Source of the DNA: Candidatus Latescibacterota bacterium
GTDB lineage: Bacteria; Latescibacterota; UBA2968; GCA-2709665
Direction of reading: 5' to 3'
Assembly: GCA_965222075.1 (NCBI GenBank)
Contig: OZ244937.1
Coordinates: forward strand, 4,384,001 to 4,448,000
Length of the DNA: 64,000 nt
The translations under genes were made by a program, and so were the position numbers. How positions within the stretch are numbered: the first letter of the stretch is position 1; each line of letters begins with the position of its first letter. The notes beneath the pieces were generated by a model. The model worked only from the letters and a program-made list of their open reading frames with translations. It had not been told where the DNA came from and searched no databases. Shown here piece by piece: positions 59,006-64,000 of the stretch.

Positions 59006-59527
59006 ATGGCTTTTCTGGCTGAGCGATCTGATCGGATGCTCTTCCCGACACCGGCCGACGGAGCGACCGTTGGGATCTCCCCACCCGGACTGGCCTGGCT
59101 GCCCGACGAGGACGCTGCCGATTACCGGGGGGGTGCGACGCTGGATGTGCGTCTGGCCTGTCCGGCGGGGTTGAGGTTGAGCCAGACCGACGCGTTCGAC
59201 ACGCCTTACAATGCGGGCATCCCCGAGCAGTTCCACGAGAACCGTGCCAACCACTGGCACGTGACCGCGGAGACCGACGCGAAGGCCGAATCGCCCCGGA
59301 TCGGGGCCGCGATAGGCGTGTACGGTCCAGGCGAGGCGTTTGAGCTCACCGTTTTCGACCACAATGGGTGGCTCGGCGCGAGGGCGAGGGGCGACTTCGG
59401 CGAAGTCGAGGGCTGGCTCCAGCTGGTCAACGGGGCGTCAGGCCCGGATGGATTTGGGGACAGGGTGGTAAAAGGCGGCGCAAAGCTGTGTGGCCGGGAT
59501 CGCGATGGCGACGTCTTCGCGCGCTGA
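59006..59527 (+). pseudogene. DUF4962/heparinase-like gene with an in-frame internal deletion
   Basis: N-terminal PADGATVGISPPGLAWLP...DYR joined directly to C-terminal LSQTDAFDTP...HWHVTAET. No catalytic core. Confidence 0.6.
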
Positions 59528-59749
59528 AGGAGGCAATGGGTTCCGGTCCAGTGAAAGATTCTTTTTATTCTTCCGGATTGATTTGAAAGCGGTATTCAGT
59601 TATTAACAGCCGAATAGAAGACGAATGGGGGCATAAGGTCTTGAAACAGAAGATGTTGTCCCCACTTGCTCTTTTGGGAACGGATTTTGCCTGGCATTTC
59701 CTTCGGAAATCGCGTACCATTCAGAAGGCCTGTAACCGGAGGGATCGAG

Positions 59750-60439
59750 ATGGAAGTCGCTGTTCGGCGCGGGGGCATCGACGGGGTGGCCGATGTGGAT
59801 ATGCCCCGGGAGAAGTTAGAGCGGCTGGGGCCGGAGGCGCTGCGGAACGAGGAACTGCTGGCGATTCTGCTGCGGACGGGGTATGAGGGGAAGAATGTTC
59901 TGAAGGTGGCCGGGGCGATTCTGCGGAAGCATTCGCCGGAGGAACTTCTGGAGATGGACCTGGAGAGCCTGACGCGGATTAAGGGGATCGGGCGGGCAAA
60001 GGGGGCGGGGCTGGTGGCGGCGTTTGAGCTTTCGCGGCGGGCGCTGAACCAGGGGATTGGGATCGCGCCGTCGATTTCGCGGCCTGTGGACGTGGTGTCT
60101 ATGGTTGCGGATATCAAGGATCGCCGGAAGGAGTATTTTGTGGCGGTGTTTCTGAACGCCCGAAACCAGGTGATCTGCAGGGAGACGGTATCTGTTGGGA
60201 GTCTCAATGCGTCTCTGGTCCACCCCCGTGAGGTCTTCTTCCCGGCTGTGGGGTCATCGGCCGCCAGCGTGATCCTGGCGCACAATCACCCCTCGGGAGA
60301 TGTGACACCTTCAAGGGAGGACATTGAGTTGACGCGGCGGATGGTGCAGGCGGGCGAGATCATGGGGATCGAGGTGCTGGATCACATCGTTGTGGGGCCG
60401 GAACGGTTTTTGAGTATGAAGGAGGCGAATTTGTTTTGA
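59750..60439 (+). CDS. radC: RadC family JAB-domain protein
   Basis: PREKL...EELLAILLRTG, HhH IKGIG.AK, VHPREVF, AHNHPSGD..PS.ED, LDHIVV. Confidence 0.95.
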   Translation: MEVAVRRGGIDGVADVDMPREKLERLGPEALRNEELLAILLRTGYEGKNVLKVAGAILRKHSPEELLEMDLESLTRIKGIGRAKGAGLVAAFELSRRALNQGIGIAPSISRPVDVVSMVADIKDRRKEYFVAVFLNARNQVICRETVSVGSLNASLVHPREVFFPAVGSSAASVILAHNHPSGDVTPSREDIELTRRMVQAGEIMGIEVLDHIVVGPERFLSMKEANLF

Positions 60440-60528
60440 ATGAGGAAGTTTCAGGTTCCAGGTTCTCGGCGGAACCGGTTCTAAAATTCATCCGATGGGT
60501 CTGAGGTCCCATCCTTGAGGAGGCGTGC

Positions 60529-61317
60529 ATGTCCGGGATTGTGACGTTGACGACCGATTTTGGCCTGCAGGATGCCTATGTGGGGGCGATGAAAGGGGTG
60601 ATTCTGGGCATTGCGCCCGGGGCCAGGCTGGTGGACCTCTGTCACCAGATTCCGTCTCAGGATGTGGCGGCGGGCGCCTTTGTGCTGTACAGCGCCTATC
60701 GATGCTTTCCGGCCGGTACGGTCCATGTGGCTGTTGTCGATCCAGGGGTGGGAAGCGCACGGCGGGGCATCCTGGTAGAGACGCCGTCCTACCGATTTTT
60801 GGGCCCGGACAACGGCCTGTTCAGCCCCATTTATGCGGCCGAGCAGGTCGAGCGGATTGTGGAGGTCCGGAACCGGGACCTGGCCCTGCCGGAGGTGAGC
60901 GCGACTTTCCACGGGAGGGATATTTTTGCCCCTGCGGTGGCCCATCTGTGCCGGGGTGTGCCAGTTGACGCGTTTGGCCCCCCGGTTTCCGATCCCGTGC
61001 GGCTGGACCTCTGGGCGGTTGCCGTGGAGGCCGGGGGGGTGAGGGGGCACATCGTACACGTTGACCGCTTCGGAAACGGCATCACAAACCTTTCCCGAAG
61101 TCAGATTGAGGCCACGGCAGGGGACCGCCCGTTGCGGGTTGAAGCAGCGGAGCGGATGTTTGACCGCCTGAGCCGGACCTATGCCGATGTGCCGGAGGGG
61201 GAGGCGCTGGTGCTCTACGGGAGTCAGGATACGCTGGAGATATCGGTCAACGGGGGAAGCGCGGAGGAGACGCTGGGGGTGCAGAGAGGGGATGGGGTGA
61301 GGGTGGTTTGGGTGTAA
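60529..61317 (+). CDS. SAM-dependent chlorinase/fluorinase family, SAM hydroxide adenosyltransferase (DUF62)
   Basis: TLTTDFG, VVDPGVGS.R, GPDNG, TFHGRDIFAP, DRFGN. Confidence 0.92.
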   Translation: MSGIVTLTTDFGLQDAYVGAMKGVILGIAPGARLVDLCHQIPSQDVAAGAFVLYSAYRCFPAGTVHVAVVDPGVGSARRGILVETPSYRFLGPDNGLFSPIYAAEQVERIVEVRNRDLALPEVSATFHGRDIFAPAVAHLCRGVPVDAFGPPVSDPVRLDLWAVAVEAGGVRGHIVHVDRFGNGITNLSRSQIEATAGDRPLRVEAAERMFDRLSRTYADVPEGEALVLYGSQDTLEISVNGGSAEETLGVQRGDGVRVVWV

Positions 61318-61320
61318 GGG

Positions 61321-61383
61321 TATTGCGGGTTGCGGATTCTGTGTCTTGAGGCCTTTCAATCCGAAATCCAAAATCCGCAATTG
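61321..61383. repeat. Inverted heptamer-repeat element between convergent genes
   Basis: TATTGCG GGTTGCG GATT ... CAAT CCGAAAT CCAAAAT CCGCAAT. Confidence 0.55.
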
Positions 61384-61397
61384 GATGCGGGGCGTGG

Positions 61398-62081
61398 TCA
61401 GGGGAGGATGTGGAGGAGGTCGGAGATTCGGTCGATTTCGTAGTCGGAGTGTTCTTCGGAGGTCTGGGGGAGGCGGTGTTTTTGTCGGCCGTGGCGGAGG
61501 CGGGCGGTGGACATGTGGAGGCGGCTGGAGGCTGCGATTTCGGCGTCGAGTTTGTCGCCTACGGAGAGGATCTGCCGGGGGAGGAGGGCCAGGAGGGCGG
61601 CGGCACGCCGGAGGGCGGCGTCTTTGAGGGGATGCTGACGGTTGTCGTGGAGGACGAGGGTTCCCCGGGCTTCATTGAAGAAGGGGTGCAAACCGAGGAG
61701 GTGGATTTTCCGGCGCTGGCGGTCTGGACGGCCAGTGGTGACCAGGGAGAGCCGATAGCCCCTTCGCCGGAGTTCGGCGAGGGTTTCCGGGACGTCGGTA
61801 AAGGGGGAGATGGCCTCGACTTCGCTGCGGTTGTAGGCCTGAAGGGCGCCTTCTATATGTGAGGGAGAAAGGCAATAGCGCCGGCCGATTTCCCGGATCG
61901 CTCCGCCCGAGCCGTGTTCGTCTGCGAGGCGGGCCTGAAGGCGGCGTAGCGCTTCCAGGCTCAGGGTGGGGATGGCGTCGGCCAATTGTTCTGCAGCCCT
62001 CCGGCGGGCAGGGTCTGTGAGCTGTCCGGTACAGTCGAAGAGGGTGTCGTCTAAGTCGAATATGACGGCTTTAATCCCCAT
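61398..62081 (-). CDS. HAD family hydrolase
   Basis: IFDLDDTL (motif I), LVTTG, VGDKLDAEI. Confidence 0.88.
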   Translation of the reverse strand: MGIKAVIFDLDDTLFDCTGQLTDPARRRAAEQLADAIPTLSLEALRRLQARLADEHGSGGAIREIGRRYCLSPSHIEGALQAYNRSEVEAISPFTDVPETLAELRRRGYRLSLVTTGRPDRQRRKIHLLGLHPFFNEARGTLVLHDNRQHPLKDAALRRAAALLALLPRQILSVGDKLDAEIAASSRLHMSTARLRHGRQKHRLPQTSEEHSDYEIDRISDLLHILP

Positions 62082-64000
62082 CTTCCGGTCCCCAGTAGTC
62101 GGGCACCTCCAGGCCACAGAAGATTCGGCAGACAGCGTCGGCCACTTTGTCCGGGTCGTGACTAATAAAGTCTCCCACGCCCCGGTCCATGACGTCGGAT
62201 TGATACTCCTCTACAAGGTCGGCCACCGTGTAGGGGATGAGGGTGTTGAGCTCATCGCGATCACAGACGACCTGTTCCTTATCCTCTTTCCGGTAGCGTT
62301 TGAGGAGGGGCCCCCAGACGCGGCCTCTGGGGGTTTCGAAGACCCGGGGGTCCTGTACGAGCATGTGGTCCAAGGCGCCCTTGGCGTTTGGATCGGAGAA
62401 GTGACGGAGGATGGCCAGGAGGTGGTCGGAGGCCTTGAAGCCGTCGGTCTGGCCGGGTTGGGTGAGGATGTTGCAGACGTAGAGAGTCATCCCGCCGCTC
62501 CGGTTGAGCAGGGCGTTCTGGATGTCGGGCACTAAGAGGTTGGTAATAACGCTGGTGAAGAGGCTGCCGGGGCCCAGGACGACAATGTCGGCCTCAGATA
62601 TGGCCCGAATGGCCTCCTGAGGGGCCCGGACGCGATTGCGCGGGGGCCGGAATACCTTTCCGCGCACCGTGTGGATTTCGACCTGTCCGTTGTGGGGGGC
62701 GTCGATCCGGGAGAGGGCGCTGTTTTTCCTGTTTAGCTCCTGGAGGATGTCGCTGTTGGAGACGAGGTAGGCCTGCTTCAGCGGTGGTTTGCCCGGTTTG
62801 CGTACCATCCACTCGGTGTAGCGGTGTTCCCCGTTTTCGAGTTCTGCGCAGATGTCGACATTATCGATGCTGGCCGGCAGGACAGTGCCCCGGACGTGGA
62901 GCATGTCGCAGGCGGTTTGAATGGCTTTCTGGAAGTCGTCGAGCTGCTGGGTGAGGGCCGCAACGAGGAAGTTGCCGATGTGGTCGTTTTTGAAGATGCC
63001 GGCTTCCTGCTCGCTGTTGGGGAAGCGGTGGTGGAAGATCCTGAAGAGACCGGGTGAGACCTGCCCGGGATCGGCTAAGGCGATGAGGGCGTTTCGGATG
63101 TCTCCGGGGGGCTGCACGCCCAGGTTCCACCGGATGCGGCCGGAGGAGGCCCCCGTGTCGGTAACAGCGACCACAGCGGTCGGACTGGCGGTGTAGGTCC
63201 GGATGCCGCTCAGGACGGTGGGGAGCCCGGTGCCGCCCCCAATGGCAACGACTTGGAGGTGTTCCCGGTCTTTTCCCAGACGGGCCATGTGGAGCAGGGT
63301 AGAGAGTTGGGCCAGGTAGCGGATCTGATAGCCGGGACGGTCGCCTTCGGCGGGTTCCTCTTCGGCAAACCTCCCCCTGCGCATCCAGACGGTGGCGCAG
63401 CCGAGCCGATTTCCGGCCCGGATTTCGTCGTGTGTGCGGTCTCCCACACAGACCACTTCCCGGGGATCGAGTTTGTATTCCTCGAACAGTTCCGTGAACC
63501 AGTAGTCGTGGGAGGGGGGGCCTTCGTTTACGATTTTGTCGAAGAAGGGGGCGATGCGGAGACGGTCGATTTTGTTTTTCTGGCGTACCGGTCTGCCGAA
63601 GGTGACCAGGAAGAGGAGATAGCCCGCCTGGCGGAGTTCCTGGAAGGTCTGGACCGCGTCGGCGAAGGGTCTGAGGTCCTCTATATCTTCTCTGTTGTAG
63701 ACGTGTTCCAGCTCCGCTACAAAGGCCTCGACGGGGTCTGTTTCGGGGGTGTGGTCTTTTCCCCGGTCTTTCAGAAAGCGCTGGAAACGATCGGGTTTAT
63801 CCCGATACAGGGTTTTGGCAATGTCGTAGAAGGCGAAATAATAGGGTGAAGAGGAGTAGTAGGGGCCGTGTTTCCGCTCCAGGTCGTTGATTCGCCTGAG
63901 GGCATAGGTTCTGGAGGCGAAAAAGCCGTTGCTGTGCAAGAGGTGAGCTACCCGTCTGCGGGCGGCCCGAACCAGCGGGTTCAGGTCGAAAAGGGTGCCG
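62071..64000 (-). CDS. HAD hydrolase fused to a YvcK/GlmR (CofD-like) domain, 5' end outside the window
   Basis: Frame is open to the edge (GTLFD, tail of HAD motif I), LVTFG, VGDRTHDEI..GN, then VVAIGGGTGL, DTGASSG, PPGDIRN, LGPGSLFTSV, NILTQPGQT, HDPDK. Confidence 0.85.
   Translation of the reverse strand, partial: GTLFDLNPLVRAARRRVAHLLHSNGFFASRTYALRRINDLERKHGPYYSSSPYYFAFYDIAKTLYRDKPDRFQRFLKDRGKDHTPETDPVEAFVAELEHVYNREDIEDLRPFADAVQTFQELRQAGYLLFLVTFGRPVRQKNKIDRLRIAPFFDKIVNEGPPSHDYWFTELFEEYKLDPREVVCVGDRTHDEIRAGNRLGCATVWMRRGRFAEEEPAEGDRPGYQIRYLAQLSTLLHMARLGKDREHLQVVAIGGGTGLPTVLSGIRTYTASPTAVVAVTDTGASSGRIRWNLGVQPPGDIRNALIALADPGQVSPGLFRIFHHRFPNSEQEAGIFKNDHIGNFLVAALTQQLDDFQKAIQTACDMLHVRGTVLPASIDNVDICAELENGEHRYTEWMVRKPGKPPLKQAYLVSNSDILQELNRKNSALSRIDAPHNGQVEIHTVRGKVFRPPRNRVRAPQEAIRAISEADIVVLGPGSLFTSVITNLLVPDIQNALLNRSGGMTLYVCNILTQPGQTDGFKASDHLLAILRHFSDPNAKGALDHMLVQDPRVFETPRGRVWGPLLKRYRKEDKEQVVCDRDELNTLIPYTVADLVEEYQSDVMDRGVGDFISHDPDKVADAVCRIFCGLEVPDYWGPEDGD

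Noticed and set aside
19650-59530. Integron cassette array or site-specific shuffling system
   Set aside because: No integrase or recombinase, no common attC-like site, and the joints use different microhomologies each time.
59750-60439. radC as a mobile-element marker at the region boundary
   Set aside because: It is the full-length HhH+JAB chromosomal type, and no att site or mobility genes are adjacent.
60529-61317. Fluorinase/chlorinase natural-product gene
   Set aside because: The TFHGRD motif and length fit the widespread DUF62 SAM hydrolase, and no biosynthetic cluster is nearby.
1-64000. CRISPR array, tRNA, rRNA
   Set aside because: No regularly spaced repeats, cloverleaf motifs or rRNA signatures were seen by eye.

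Overview
High-GC bacterial chromosomal window. The gene content suggests an FCB-related lineage such as Ca. Latescibacterota, but this is inference. It has three parts. (1) 1-14.2 kb: housekeeping block with mfd, two PpiC-type foldases (one SurA-like), an S4 RNA-binding protein, a methyltransferase, ftsE-ftsX-EnvC-like, a DHH phosphoesterase, an argF-like gene, a UDP-glucuronate decarboxylase and an SDR. (2) ~14.3-59.5 kb: a glycan-catabolism region. It holds four paralogs of a ~650-700 aa polytopic membrane protein (DUF6785/DUF6784-like, one truncated), heparinase II/III-like lyases with carbohydrate-binding modules, two sulfatases, two ceramidase-like hydrolases, two near-duplicate lectin/FG-GAP propeller proteins, a Gfo/Idh/MocA-DUF1080 fusion, a TIM-barrel isomerase, a DegT aminotransferase and a lactonase. 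It also holds a LacI + TonB-dependent receptor + T9SS-CTD-like protein + PorV-like module with no SusD. The spaces between intact genes are filled with more than a dozen chimeric gene stubs, several joined at short microhomologies. (3) 59.7-64 kb: radC, a DUF62 SAM hydrolase, a HAD hydrolase and a HAD-YvcK fusion that runs off the window edge. No tRNA, rRNA, CRISPR array, transposase or integrase was recognised. All family assignments come from motif recognition by eye, not from database searches.
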